From Chryseobacterium sp. (GTDB lineage: Bacteria > Bacteroidota > Bacteroidia > Flavobacteriales > Weeksellaceae), in NCBI RefSeq assembly GCF_031286615.1, contig NZ_JAITUA010000008.1: DNA of 64,000 nt; one strand, 5' to 3'. A model generated the notes under the pieces. The model saw only the letters and a program-made list of their open reading frames with translations, was not told the origin of the DNA and ran no database searches. Shown piece by piece: positions 1 to 7,417 of the stretch (position 1 is the stretch's first letter; each line of letters starts with the position of its first letter). A program made the position numbers and the translations under genes.

Positions 1-73
1 TTATAAGCAGAAACAAAACAGAATTGTACTGCTGCAGACCTTATTCAGCAATAGCCACAATAGAATATCTTCG

Positions 74-2029
74 GTGAATGCTGAAGCGAATATAAGAATC
101 TATTACAAAAGGCCGCATGAGCTGGCTTCCAGTGCAGAAAAAGAGGATGCTGCTCCATCTATTTTAAACAAAGATTTAAGTGCTTTAAATCTGAATGAAA
201 AATTTCCTTCAGTACAATCCATCATTGATGCAATGAAAGGTTTGATTGACGAGCCTGAGCTGGATGATGAGGTAGTAGAAGAAGAAATAACAGCGGACAC
301 GGATAAAGATTTTATCAAAGAATTAATTGAAGAACCAAAGACATTTCAGGTAGGAAGCCTTATCAAAAGAATATGGAGCGGTCTGAAAATTCCTATGCGC
401 CACCTTTCTCCCGGAGAGCAGCCTATCGGAGGAATTTCTGATATGACCAACAAAGGTGATTTTCACAGAATGCTCCTTTCCGAGTTTGCCAATGAAGATG
501 ACGTCTTTATGAATAGAGTCGCCAACAATGAAGCACTTTACATTCAAAGAGAAATTCCGCCTGAAGAAAATATTTTTGAAAGAATTATTCTGATTGATAC
601 TTCCCTCAGAAACTGGGGAACTCCAAAAGTGTTGGCTTTTGCCTCTGCAATTGCTGTTATCAAACACCCGAAAGCACATTCTGAATGTAAAGTTTTTGCC
701 TTAGGACAGGCAGGTGTGCCGATTGTCCTTAACAAAGTAGAGGAAGTGGTTGAAAATCTCAATCAGGTGAGTCCGGTTCTTGAAGTTTCCGAAGCATTGG
801 AAAGTTTTTTTAATCAGGCGCATACCGAAAAAGATATTGAAGTGTTCTTCATTACCCATCAGGAGAATATGGAGGATGAAAAAATTCAGCGGGTGGTTCA
901 TCAGAATAGAGACAGACTTAAGTTTCTGGTGACGACAACATCAGATGGTGAAATTAATTTTTATAAACATCATAAAGGAGCCAGAAAACATATTCAGAAA
1001 ATAAAACTTCCATTGCAGGAGCTGTGGGCCAATCCGCCGCAGCAAAAACAGTCTGTTCATAACTTTAATGGAAAGAAAACCGATCTTCCACAAAATTATC
1101 CGGTTTTATTTCCAACCCCTGTTAATAAGATTGGCAAGTTTTTATACGAAGGCGAGTTTTTCATTCTGAGTTCTAAAAAACAATTGTTGAAGACTTACCT
1201 TTCTGATAATTATTACGACAAACATTCCTATGATTACTATAAAACACATCATGGCTGTGAAGTTCTGTTTGATAATATTTCCATAAAACCAAAAGGACAG
1301 TTTGCCCTTGCAAAAAATAAGCAGCAGCACTTTATTCTGTGCCAGTATCAGTCTGATCAGAAATTAATATCAAAGCTTAACCTCAATACAAGAGAATATT
1401 CTGAACAGAATCTTACAGGAATGAATATTCCGGAGTCCTACAAACTGATTTATTTTGGGCGGAGCTTTTACCTTCATCACCCGGACAATTCTACCCATTA
1501 TAAAATAAACATGGAGGGAAATATCTCTGTAGAACCTATTACCGGAAAAGATAAAGAATTTGAAAAAAATAATATAAAAGCCGAAGCTGAAGTTGCCAAA
1601 CTAAAAGGAAGCGGATTAAAAATTATCAATAATTTCAATAAAATAGGAATCAATCAACATGAAAATCTGGTTATTTCCGGACATGAATTGTACAGCTCTT
1701 TAGAAAACACGCTGGATTTTTCCAAAAACAAATATGATATTAAAATTTTTGCTGAGCAGAACAAAAATAAATTTACATTTCCCGATGGAAGCGAAATTAT
1801 TACAGACTCACGGGGAATGCTGACTTTCCGAAGCAGTAACAAAAGTATCGAAGAATTTTTTATTCCTTCCACGGCTCATGGGTTTCTTTCTCTGGCGACC
1901 TATACAGAATTTGGCGGATCAGAATATTATCTTCCGGAACATGCCTTGCTGAAAGTAAGAACAATGGATGATATGTGTGAAAGGTTTTTAAAACCGTTTA
2001 TAAAACAGATTTTGGATTATGGAGCTTAG
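74..2029 (+). CDS. vWA-like domain protein with a beta-strand-rich C-terminal half (start may lie upstream of the window)
   Basis: 651-aa ORF. 'IILIDTSLRNWG' looks like a degenerate vWA MIDAS strand and is preceded by a ViaA-like 'LLSEFANEDD' segment. The frame is open from nt 2, so the GTG at 74 may not be the true start. The 3' end overlaps the next ORF by 11 nt. Confidence 0.55.
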   Translation: MNAEANIRIYYKRPHELASSAEKEDAAPSILNKDLSALNLNEKFPSVQSIIDAMKGLIDEPELDDEVVEEEITADTDKDFIKELIEEPKTFQVGSLIKRIWSGLKIPMRHLSPGEQPIGGISDMTNKGDFHRMLLSEFANEDDVFMNRVANNEALYIQREIPPEENIFERIILIDTSLRNWGTPKVLAFASAIAVIKHPKAHSECKVFALGQAGVPIVLNKVEEVVENLNQVSPVLEVSEALESFFNQAHTEKDIEVFFITHQENMEDEKIQRVVHQNRDRLKFLVTTTSDGEINFYKHHKGARKHIQKIKLPLQELWANPPQQKQSVHNFNGKKTDLPQNYPVLFPTPVNKIGKFLYEGEFFILSSKKQLLKTYLSDNYYDKHSYDYYKTHHGCEVLFDNISIKPKGQFALAKNKQQHFILCQYQSDQKLISKLNLNTREYSEQNLTGMNIPESYKLIYFGRSFYLHHPDNSTHYKINMEGNISVEPITGKDKEFEKNNIKAEAEVAKLKGSGLKIINNFNKIGINQHENLVISGHELYSSLENTLDFSKNKYDIKIFAEQNKNKFTFPDGSEIITDSRGMLTFRSSNKSIEEFFIPSTAHGFLSLATYTEFGGSEYYLPEHALLKVRTMDDMCERFLKPFIKQILDYGA

Positions 2030-3716
2030 AATAAAACCTTTCCCGAAAAATAACTATCCCAAAAAGGGGCTTTTGATCAGAGGCTCTTCACCTGTGGTAT
2101 GGCTTCAGGAAATGGAAACGCTTGGTATTAATTTAAGCAAGGTAAGAACTTATGCAATTCCGGCAAACAGTCCTAATGTGCTGTATGGTTGTTTCCTTGT
2201 GTTTGACGACCATGCTCCACAGGAAATAGGTAGAAATGCTTACTTTCAATGTGTAGACAACAGGCTTTTTATTCCTGAAAACACTACTTTTTATCCCAAA
2301 ATAAATCCTGAAGACTGGGCACAGCTTGATTCCCGTTTTCTGGTTATACATCCTGAATTCGGACTCGTAAAACTCTCTGAAGAAATCGACTGGATTGCAT
2401 TAATTCAGCAGCCTGATATTATAGACGAAAATATCAGAAAACCGCTGAACGGAGTTTCAATTCCTCAAAAAATTGAAAGCTATACCGTTGAAATAGATGA
2501 CGAAAAAGTAATGGAAGCATTACAGCCAAAACAAACGGAAGAAGAATGGATTAATAACCTGCCATTTGACCTTAAAAAAGTGATGGCCGGAAATAAAAAA
2601 GAAATAGAAAAGTACTTACAGTACATTGAAAAATACCCTGAAAGAGCCGTAGAATTGGGTGTTTCTCTAGATGTAATGGGAACTTCCAGAGGAGACGGCT
2701 TTGGCAAGTTTACCTGGCTGGAAGGATTATTTGGTGGAGGTACAAGAGGTAAAACCGAAAGCACCGGAACAAGAAACTTTCGCAGAATATTCTGGGCGGT
2801 AATTATTACAGCTATAGTCTTAAAGATTGCATTGCCTTCAGATAAAGATAACCCCGGACAGGAAGAAAATACAACCTCTTCCGGAAAAATTGAAAACAAT
2901 GCTGTACAAGCTCCTTCCGATATGATTGCTTTCCAGTCCGGGACCTCAGAAATTGATCTGAAAATAGACTCTATATATCACCAGGAGAGAAAAGAATTGT
3001 CCAAAGAACTGGTTCACGCCGAGATCATAGAATCCAAAACAAAAGAAGACAAAGAAAATTATAAAAAAGCTGGTGGAAGGGATGTAAGTGAAATAGGAAG
3101 AGACATTGGGAAGCTTGTGAATAAAGAAAAACAAAGCCGGGATTCTCTTAAAACCATTTATAATAAGAAGATCACAAAACATCTTGAACAAAAAACTGAA
3201 AGACTGAAACGTAAAATTTCAGATTCCCTGAAGCAGTATACCAATGGAAAACCTGTAAATGGGGAAGTCGTAAAATTCCTGTTGAAAAAGAGAAAAGCCT
3301 TGATGGCTGATTCCTTGGGAAAACTTTACGGAACACTGGATATTGTAGATCCATCTTCAGCTTCCATTGATAAATCCAAAGTGAAAGCTGTGGGAACGGA
3401 AGGAACTCCATTAGAGAAAAAAGCCCCGGTTTCAGATATTATGTATATGGTTATCCTGATGATTGCCGGCGTAGGGTTGTATTTGTTCTTATTTAAAAAC
3501 AAATCATTAAATCTTGGCGGCGATAACGTACCTGCTTGGGTGAAATTTATTTTAATAGCAATTCTTGTGGCGATGCTGGTGTACTTATTTTATCCGTTGG
3601 TAAAAATGTTTGGCTATAACTGGTTTGTATGGGTGCTGGTGATCTGTGTGATGCTGCTTCTTTACCGTTTGTTCAGAGAAGATAAAACCATTTTAAAATC
3701 CGATGATGATGAATAA
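2019..3716 (+). CDS. membrane-anchored Lys/Glu-rich protein of unknown function
   Basis: 565 aa. Charged central region and three hydrophobic helices near the C-terminus (VILMIAGVGLYLFLF, FILIAILVAMLVYLFY, FVWVLVICVMLLLY). Overlaps both neighbouring ORFs, consistent with translational coupling. Confidence 0.6.
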   Translation: MELRIKPFPKNNYPKKGLLIRGSSPVVWLQEMETLGINLSKVRTYAIPANSPNVLYGCFLVFDDHAPQEIGRNAYFQCVDNRLFIPENTTFYPKINPEDWAQLDSRFLVIHPEFGLVKLSEEIDWIALIQQPDIIDENIRKPLNGVSIPQKIESYTVEIDDEKVMEALQPKQTEEEWINNLPFDLKKVMAGNKKEIEKYLQYIEKYPERAVELGVSLDVMGTSRGDGFGKFTWLEGLFGGGTRGKTESTGTRNFRRIFWAVIITAIVLKIALPSDKDNPGQEENTTSSGKIENNAVQAPSDMIAFQSGTSEIDLKIDSIYHQERKELSKELVHAEIIESKTKEDKENYKKAGGRDVSEIGRDIGKLVNKEKQSRDSLKTIYNKKITKHLEQKTERLKRKISDSLKQYTNGKPVNGEVVKFLLKKRKALMADSLGKLYGTLDIVDPSSASIDKSKVKAVGTEGTPLEKKAPVSDIMYMVILMIAGVGLYLFLFKNKSLNLGGDNVPAWVKFILIAILVAMLVYLFYPLVKMFGYNWFVWVLVICVMLLLYRLFREDKTILKSDDDE

Positions 3717-4731
3717 ACAGAAATTTATAGACAAATTTATGGCGGCATTCGTACTGCTGGCCATATTTAAGGTCATCGGAATCGTTGCCCAGTTATTCCA
3801 TGAAAGCTTCTGGAGCGTGGTCGGGACATTAGGAATCTTCTTAATTGTAGCCTTTATTATCCTTCTTGTGATCACTTCCTTAAAAGATAAAGAACAAAAC
3901 AACAGAAACACAACAGGAAGAAAAGGCAGTGGAAGCAGTAATTTCTATCTGGAAAACTCACTTTTTGACAGAATCCGGAGCAAATACGAAGAACTCGCCG
4001 AAAAATATATTGCGGAAAACGATTATAAAAAAGCAGCAAGAGTCTATATGAATTTGCTGCAGGATAATTACAGAGGTGCAAAAACACTTGAAAATGGCGG
4101 GTTTTATAATGAAGCAGCTGTAGTATACCTAAAGAAACTGAACAATAAATCTGATGCAGCACTTTGCTATGAAAAGGCAAAGCAATACAAAAAGGCAATT
4201 GACCTTTATAAAGAAATGGAGCAGAAAGAAAAAGTAGGTGATCTCTATAAAGAAATCAATGATCTTAAAAATGCCCACCATTACTATCAAATAGTTGCAG
4301 ATGATTATACAATCAATAATCAGATGGTGAAAGCTTCTTTAGTATACCGCAAAAAAATGGAAAAAGCTGAAGAGGCACAAAAAGTACTGTTGAAAGGATG
4401 GGAAGAAGACAGAGATGCTTTCAATTGTTTGAACAACTATTTTGCCAATATTTTTGATGTTAAAAAACTTGAATCTGAAATACAGCATTTATATCAGAAA
4501 ACTCCGGCTCACAAAAAGATCACTTTTCTGGAGGCTCTGAAATATGAATTTAAAAAAGGTCCGAAATTACATGCCATTACAAGAAATATAGCCTACGAAA
4601 TCATTGCTGAAAAAGTGGCCACCCGCTCAGAAATTGTCAACGAACTGAAATACTTTAATCCCGATGATGAAGTGATTCTGAAAGACATTTCCAGATTTAA
4701 AACCGGAAGGAATAAGATGTTTAGAAATTAA
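3703..4731 (+). CDS. two-TM protein with TPR-like helical repeats
   Basis: 342 aa. N-terminal hydrophobic helices, then repeated Y..A...Y/K..A helix pairs (YKKAARVYMNLL, YNEAAVVYLK, YKKAIDLYKE, AHHYYQIV). Overlaps the previous ORF by 14 nt. Confidence 0.55.
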   Translation: MMMNKQKFIDKFMAAFVLLAIFKVIGIVAQLFHESFWSVVGTLGIFLIVAFIILLVITSLKDKEQNNRNTTGRKGSGSSNFYLENSLFDRIRSKYEELAEKYIAENDYKKAARVYMNLLQDNYRGAKTLENGGFYNEAAVVYLKKLNNKSDAALCYEKAKQYKKAIDLYKEMEQKEKVGDLYKEINDLKNAHHYYQIVADDYTINNQMVKASLVYRKKMEKAEEAQKVLLKGWEEDRDAFNCLNNYFANIFDVKKLESEIQHLYQKTPAHKKITFLEALKYEFKKGPKLHAITRNIAYEIIAEKVATRSEIVNELKYFNPDDEVILKDISRFKTGRNKMFRN

Positions 4732-4802
4732 AAGATTGAAGAATTTAAAAATTAAAGAAAAACTTCTCTTTGAAAAAGGAATATAAATTTTATGTATGAT
4801 TT

Positions 4803-4955
4803 TTAAGGCGCAAGAAAATTGAAAATTTTCAGCAAGGTAGCTTATTAATTATGGCATTATTAAGAACAATATTATTATTGGTATTAAATTTTATCGGAGA
4901 TAAAATCCTCGCGCCTTAAAGTAGATTTTTTTAATATTATTTAGCGCCTTTGCGT
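4803..4955 (+). repeat. ~150-170 nt structured intergenic repeat, copy A
   Basis: Shares 'cagcaagg.a.cttat.aatta ... ggtattaaattttatc..agataaaatcct.gcgccttaa ... ttagcgcctttgcgt' with 40633-40803. Outer dyad is TTAAGGCGC...GCGCCTTAA. Confidence 0.7.
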
Positions 4956-5008
4956 ATCCAAAACCTTCCAGAGATTGTGAATCTTATAAAATAATACCAA
5001 AAAAGATT

Positions 5009-5016
5009 TATCTTTG
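5009..5016 (+). promoter_or_regulatory. Bacteroidota-type -7 box (TATCTTTG)
   Basis: Exact TAnnTTTG match 13 nt upstream of the ATG at 5029. Confidence 0.4.
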
Positions 5017-5028
5017 CCCCAGAAAATT

Positions 5029-5157
5029 ATGACAATACAAAGAGCACATATCAATGCAGAACTATTCGAAAGTCCTTCTAATAAAGGATTATTCGGATAT
5101 GATGAGATGATATGGAATGAGGCGAAATGTGCTGACTTTGGAAATTATTTACTGTAA
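5029..5157 (+). CDS. 42-aa small ORF (may instead be a small RNA)
   Basis: ATG to TAA gives MTIQRAHINAELFESPSNKGLFGYDEMIWNEAKCADFGNYLL. It sits between a -7 box and an intrinsic terminator. I recognise no homology. Confidence 0.3.
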   Translation: MTIQRAHINAELFESPSNKGLFGYDEMIWNEAKCADFGNYLL

Positions 5158-5187
5158 ACTTGTAAAAAATTAATCAAAATACAACAG

Positions 5188-5223
5188 AAACGCCTCGGAA
5201 AACCGAGGCGTTTTTTGTTTTTT
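5188..5223 (+). terminator. intrinsic terminator
   Basis: Hairpin AAACGCCTCGG-aaaa-CCGAGGCGTTT followed by a T-tract. Confidence 0.75.
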
Positions 5224-5544
5224 AGGTCAGAAATTATTTAGAATGAAAAAAAATAACCATAAACATGAAAATTTTTTAATAAACAATGAAACTTTAATAC
5301 GATAAAATAGAGTGATAAGCAACCCGGTGAGAGACAGTCATTTAGGTAATTAAGATATCTGCAAAATATTGCGGACAGAAATTCTCTACTCTAAAAACAA
5401 GGTGTAATCAATTGATTATCAGTAATTTAATTTGGAAATTTATTTGCGGATTCCAAAAATTCATATTTACTTTGCAACCGAAAATTGAAAGCAACAGGTT
5501 TTCAGGATTCAATTAAAAATAATTTAGAAACAAACAAAAATAAA

Positions 5545-5670
5545 ATGAAACAGTTACACAACATATTCAATCAATATTCAAGACTATTCGGACATGAGCC
5601 GGCAGGAGTTCTGTGTATTCTTGATAGTGAAATTGTGGATAAAAGGTGCTTATATACGTGGGTCAGCTAA
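5545..5670 (+). CDS. 41-aa small ORF (or ncRNA) just upstream of the tRNA array
   Basis: ATG at 5545 lies inside track ORF 5485-5670. A TTACTTTG -7-like box is at 5467-5474 and a terminator follows at 5695-5725. I recognise no homology. Confidence 0.25.
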   Translation: MKQLHNIFNQYSRLFGHEPAGVLCILDSEIVDKRCLYTWVS

Positions 5671-5694
5671 TGATCTCTTACGTTTAAAAATATG

Positions 5695-5725
5695 AAGCGC
5701 CTCCCGAAAAGAGGCGCTTTTTTTT
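5695..5725 (+). terminator. intrinsic terminator
   Basis: Hairpin AAGCGCCTC-ccgaaaa-GAGGCGCTT followed by T6. It ends 3 nt before the first tRNA. Confidence 0.75.
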
Positions 5726-5727
5726 AT

Positions 5728-5800
5728 GGTTTCTTTAGCTTATTTGGTAAAGCGCCGGTCTGTGGAACCGGAGAACAGGGTTCGATCCCCGGAGATACCC
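5728..5800 (+). tRNA. tRNA-His(GTG)-like, imperfect
   Basis: Anticodon arm CCGGT-CTGTGGA-ACCGG with GTG at 5762-5764. D stem GCTT/AAGC and T loop TTCGATC. The acceptor GGTTTCT/AGATACC has a T-T mismatch, the T stem has an A-G mismatch, and there is no clean G-1:C73. No CCA is encoded. Confidence 0.6.
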
Positions 5801-5809
5801 AAAATATAG

Positions 5810-5883
5810 AATCCCATAGCTCAATTGGTTAGAGCATCGACCTGATACGTCGAAGGTTGAAGGTTCGATTCCTTCTGGGATTA
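5810..5883 (+). tRNA. tRNA-Ile(GAT)
   Basis: Cloverleaf AATCCCA|TA|GCTC-AATTGGTTA-GAGC|A|TCGAC-CTGATAC-GTCGA|AGGTT|GAAGG-TTCGATT-CCTTC|TGGGATT|A. All stems pair perfectly. Confidence 0.9.
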
Positions 5884-5888
5884 CAAAT

Positions 5889-5944
5889 GTGAATTGTGAA
5901 ATTAAAAATTGACAAGCGAAACGAATTGATTATTGACGATTCAC
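5889..5944 (+). repeat. GTGAAT...ATTGACAAGCG...ATTCAC hairpin repeat, copy 1
   Basis: Shares 'aaaaattgacaagcg....g.attga..ttgac.attcac' with 31701-31787. The terminal dyad is GTGAAT/ATTCAC. Confidence 0.55.
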
Positions 5945-5955
5945 AAAATTAAAAC

Positions 5956-6029
5956 AATCTCATAGCTCAAATGGTTAGAGCACCGGTCTTTTAAACCGGG
6001 GGTTGAAAGTTCAAATCTTTCTGGGATTA
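5956..6029 (+). tRNA. tRNA-Lys(TTT)
   Basis: AATCTCA|TA|GCTC-AAATGGTTA-GAGC|A|CCGGT-CTTTTAA-ACCGG|GGGTT|GAAAG-TTCAAAT-CTTTC|TGGGATT|A. Confidence 0.9.
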
Positions 6030-6036
6030 CAAAAAC

Positions 6037-6110
6037 GGTTCCGTAGCTCAACCGGATAGAGCATGGGTTTTCTAAACCCAGGGTTAGAGGTTCAAGTCCT
6101 CTCGGAATCA
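6037..6110 (+). tRNA. tRNA-Arg(TCT)
   Basis: GGTTCCG|TA|GCTC-AACCGGATA-GAGC|A|TGGGT-TTTCTAA-ACCCA|GGGTT|AGAGG-TTCAAGT-CCTCT|CGGAATC|A. Confidence 0.9.
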
Positions 6111-6116
6111 CAAAAA

Positions 6117-6173
6117 GGTTCATGGAAAATTTCCAATCCGGCTGTCTCCCGGAAAAGAAACAGAAGTGAACCC
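6117..6173 (+). other. T-arm-less tRNA-Asp(GTC)-like mini-element (degenerate tRNA?)
   Basis: 7-bp acceptor-like helix GGTTCAT/GTGAACC. Small hairpin GGAA-aat-TTCC. Anticodon-like arm TCCGG-CTGTCTC-CCGGA with GTC at 6144-6146. An unstructured 12 nt replaces the T arm. Confidence 0.3.
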
Positions 6174-6178
6174 CAAAG

Positions 6179-6250
6179 CTGGAAAGATAACGGTGGTTGT
6201 TTACCCGTCTTGGACGCGGGAGGTCGCAAGTTCGAATCTTGCTTTCCAGA
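6179..6250 (+). tRNA. tRNA-Pro(TGG)
   Basis: Acceptor CTGGAAA/TTTCCAG, with C1:G72 and A73 as is typical for bacterial tRNA-Pro. Anticodon arm CCCGT-CTTGGAC-GCGGG. T arm GCAAG-TTCGAAT-CTTGC. The D stem is weak (3 bp). Confidence 0.8.
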
Positions 6251-6256
6251 CAATTT

Positions 6257-6328
6257 GTTCCATTAGCATAGAGGTAAGTGCATTCGGCTTTCTACCGAAC
6301 GACAAGGGTTCGATCCCCTTATGGAATA
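6257..6328 (+). tRNA. tRNA-Glu(TTC), copy 1 (U37 atypical)
   Basis: GTTCCAT|TA|GCAT-AGAGGTAA-GTGC|A|TTCGG-CTTTCTA-CCGAA|CGAC|AAGGG-TTCGATC-CCCTT|ATGGAAT|A. Position 37 is T rather than a purine. Confidence 0.75.
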
Positions 6329-6333
6329 CAAAT

Positions 6334-6407
6334 GATTTCGTAGCTCAAGTGGTTAGAGTGTCGGTCTGATACACCGAAGGTTGAAGGTTCGAGTCCTTCC
6401 GGAATTA
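6334..6407 (+). tRNA. tRNA-Ile(GAT), copy 2
   Basis: GATTTCG|TA|GCTC-AAGTGGTTA-GAGT|G|TCGGT-CTGATAC-ACCGA|AGGTT|GAAGG-TTCGAGT-CCTTC|CGGAATT|A. Confidence 0.85.
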
Positions 6408-6411
6408 CAAT

Positions 6412-6483
6412 GATTTTGTAGCTCAATGGTAGAGCGCCGGTCTGTTAAACCGGAAGTTGAAAGTTCGAATCTTTCCGGAATCG
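6412..6483 (+). tRNA. tRNA-Asn(GTT)
   Basis: GATTTTG|TA|GCTC-AATGGTA-GAGC|G|CCGGT-CTGTTAA-ACCGG|AAGTT|GAAAG-TTCGAAT-CTTTC|CGGAATC|G. Confidence 0.88.
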
Positions 6484-6509
6484 CAGGTAACTAATTGTTA
6501 ATTGTTTCA

Positions 6510-6586
6510 GGAGAAAGTAAAAGTTTGTCGAGAGCAGAAGATCTTTACGCCAAACACGAAAATACAGACAGACTTTTCTTCTCTCC
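6510..6586 (+). repeat. tRNA-array hairpin element, copy 1
   Basis: Lower stem ggagaaagtaaaagTTTGTC / GACAGActtttcttctctcc. Conserved apical sequence GAGAGCAGAAGATCTTTAcgCCAAAC. Confidence 0.8.
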
Positions 6587-6630
6587 CGATTAATTAAAAG
6601 TTAAAGAATATCATTTATAAATTTTTAGGT

Positions 6631-6695
6631 AAAAATAAAGTTTGTTGAGCGCAGAAGATCTTTAATCAAACAATTTTAGACAGACTTTATTTTTT
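6631..6695 (+). repeat. tRNA-array hairpin element, copy 2
   Basis: Lower stem aaaaataaagTTTGT / ACAGACtttattttt. Apical sequence TGAGCGCAGAAGATCTTTAatCAAAC. Confidence 0.8.
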
Positions 6696-6701
6696 TAATC
6701 T

Positions 6702-6784
6702 GATGGTTCGCCGAAGTGGAAGAGTCGGGGGCGGTCTGCAAAACCGTTGTGTAAACTGAGTGGGTTTGAATCCCATAGCCATCT
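6702..6784 (+). tRNA. class-II-bodied tRNA with a Cys anticodon (GCA) and U73
   Basis: Acceptor GATGGTT/AGCCATC plus discriminator T. Tyr-like D arm CCGA-AGTGGAAGAG-TCGG. Anticodon arm GCGGT-CTGCAAA-ACCGT with GCA at 6738-6740. 12-nt extra region. T arm GTGGG-TTTGAAT-CCCAT. Confidence 0.6.
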
Positions 6785-6865
6785 CAATGTAAAAACTATA
6801 GGAGATATAAGAATCTTTTATCAATGATCTTTTATCATCTATAGCAAAGAATATCCTTTATTAAT

Positions 6866-6935
6866 AAAAGAAAAAGGCTGTCGAGCGCAGAAGATCTTTA
6901 ACCAAACATTCAATAAAGACAGACCTTTTCTTTTT
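6866..6935 (+). repeat. tRNA-array hairpin element, copy 3
   Basis: Lower stem aaaagaaaaaGGCTGTC / GACAGACCttttcttttt. Apical sequence GAGCGCAGAAGATCTTTAacCAAAC. Confidence 0.8.
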
Positions 6936-6988
6936 AAAAGGAAAAAATGAGGAATTACTTATTCATGACTAATTGCTCATAAAAATCC

Positions 6989-7072
6989 GGAAGTACGCCG
7001 AAGTTGGAGAGTCGGGGCAGACTGTAAATCTGTTGCTTCATTGCTGAGTAGGTTCGAATCCTACTACTTCCA
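6989..7072 (+). tRNA. tRNA-Tyr(GTA), class II
   Basis: GGAAGTA|CG|CCGA-AGTTGGAGAG-TCGG|G|GCAGA-CTGTAAA-TCTGT|long variable arm (TTCA-ttgc-TGAG)|GTAGG-TTCGAAT-CCTAC|TACTTCC|A. Confidence 0.88.
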
Positions 7073-7077
7073 CTCAA

Positions 7078-7148
7078 CCACTGATAATGTAATGGCAGCA
7101 TGCAGGAAATGTACTCTTGTTGTTTAGGTTCGATTCCTGGTCAGTGGG
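7078..7148 (+). tRNA. tRNA-like gene with ambiguous anticodon (TGT/Thr if the loop is 7 nt, but A33)
   Basis: CCACTGA|TA|ATGT-AATGGCA-GCAT|G|CAGGA-AATGTAC-TCTTG|TTGT|TTAGG-TTCGATT-CCTGG|TCAGTGG|G. Position 33 is A and several pairs are G-T. Confidence 0.45.
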
Positions 7149-7153
7149 TTAAC

Positions 7154-7225
7154 GCTCTATTCGTCTAACGGTGAGGACGCCTGCCTTTCGAGCAGAAAAC
7201 AAGGGTTCGATTCCCTTATAGAGTA
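7154..7225 (+). tRNA. tRNA-Glu(TTC), copy 2
   Basis: GCTCTAT|TC|GTCT-AACGGTGA-GGAC|G|CCTGC-CTTTCGA-GCAGA|AAAC|AAGGG-TTCGATT-CCCTT|ATAGAGT|A. The TTCGTCTA..GGAC D arm is typical of bacterial tRNA-Glu. Confidence 0.82.
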
Positions 7226-7325
7226 CTGGATGTGAATAGCTGGTCAATATTGAATTGATATAATACCATGAAAGTTCAGATTTTTTTTTAAAATTGGCCA
7301 GTTACCATTCACACAAAAAATAAAG

Positions 7326-7395
7326 AAAAGAGAAAAAGGACTGTCAGGAGCAGAAGATCTTTAGTCAATAAAAATAGACAGCCTTTTACTTTTTT
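7326..7395 (+). repeat. tRNA-array hairpin element, copy 4
   Basis: Lower stem aaaagagaaaaaGGACTGTC / GACAGCCttttactttt. Apical sequence AGGAGCAGAAGATCTTTAgtCAATA. Confidence 0.8.
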
Positions 7396-7417
7396 AAAAC
7401 AAAATACATTAGGAAAT

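Noticed and set aside
5941-6369. Track ORFs 5941-6123(-), 6063-6266(+) and 6166-6369(+).
   Set aside because: They lie entirely over well-formed tRNA genes (Lys, Arg, Pro, Glu, Ile). I treat them as spurious reading frames.
6534-6547. AGATCT in the hairpin core as a restriction/modification target.
   Set aside because: No R-M genes are nearby, and conservation extends well beyond the hexamer. This is recorded only as a property of the motif.
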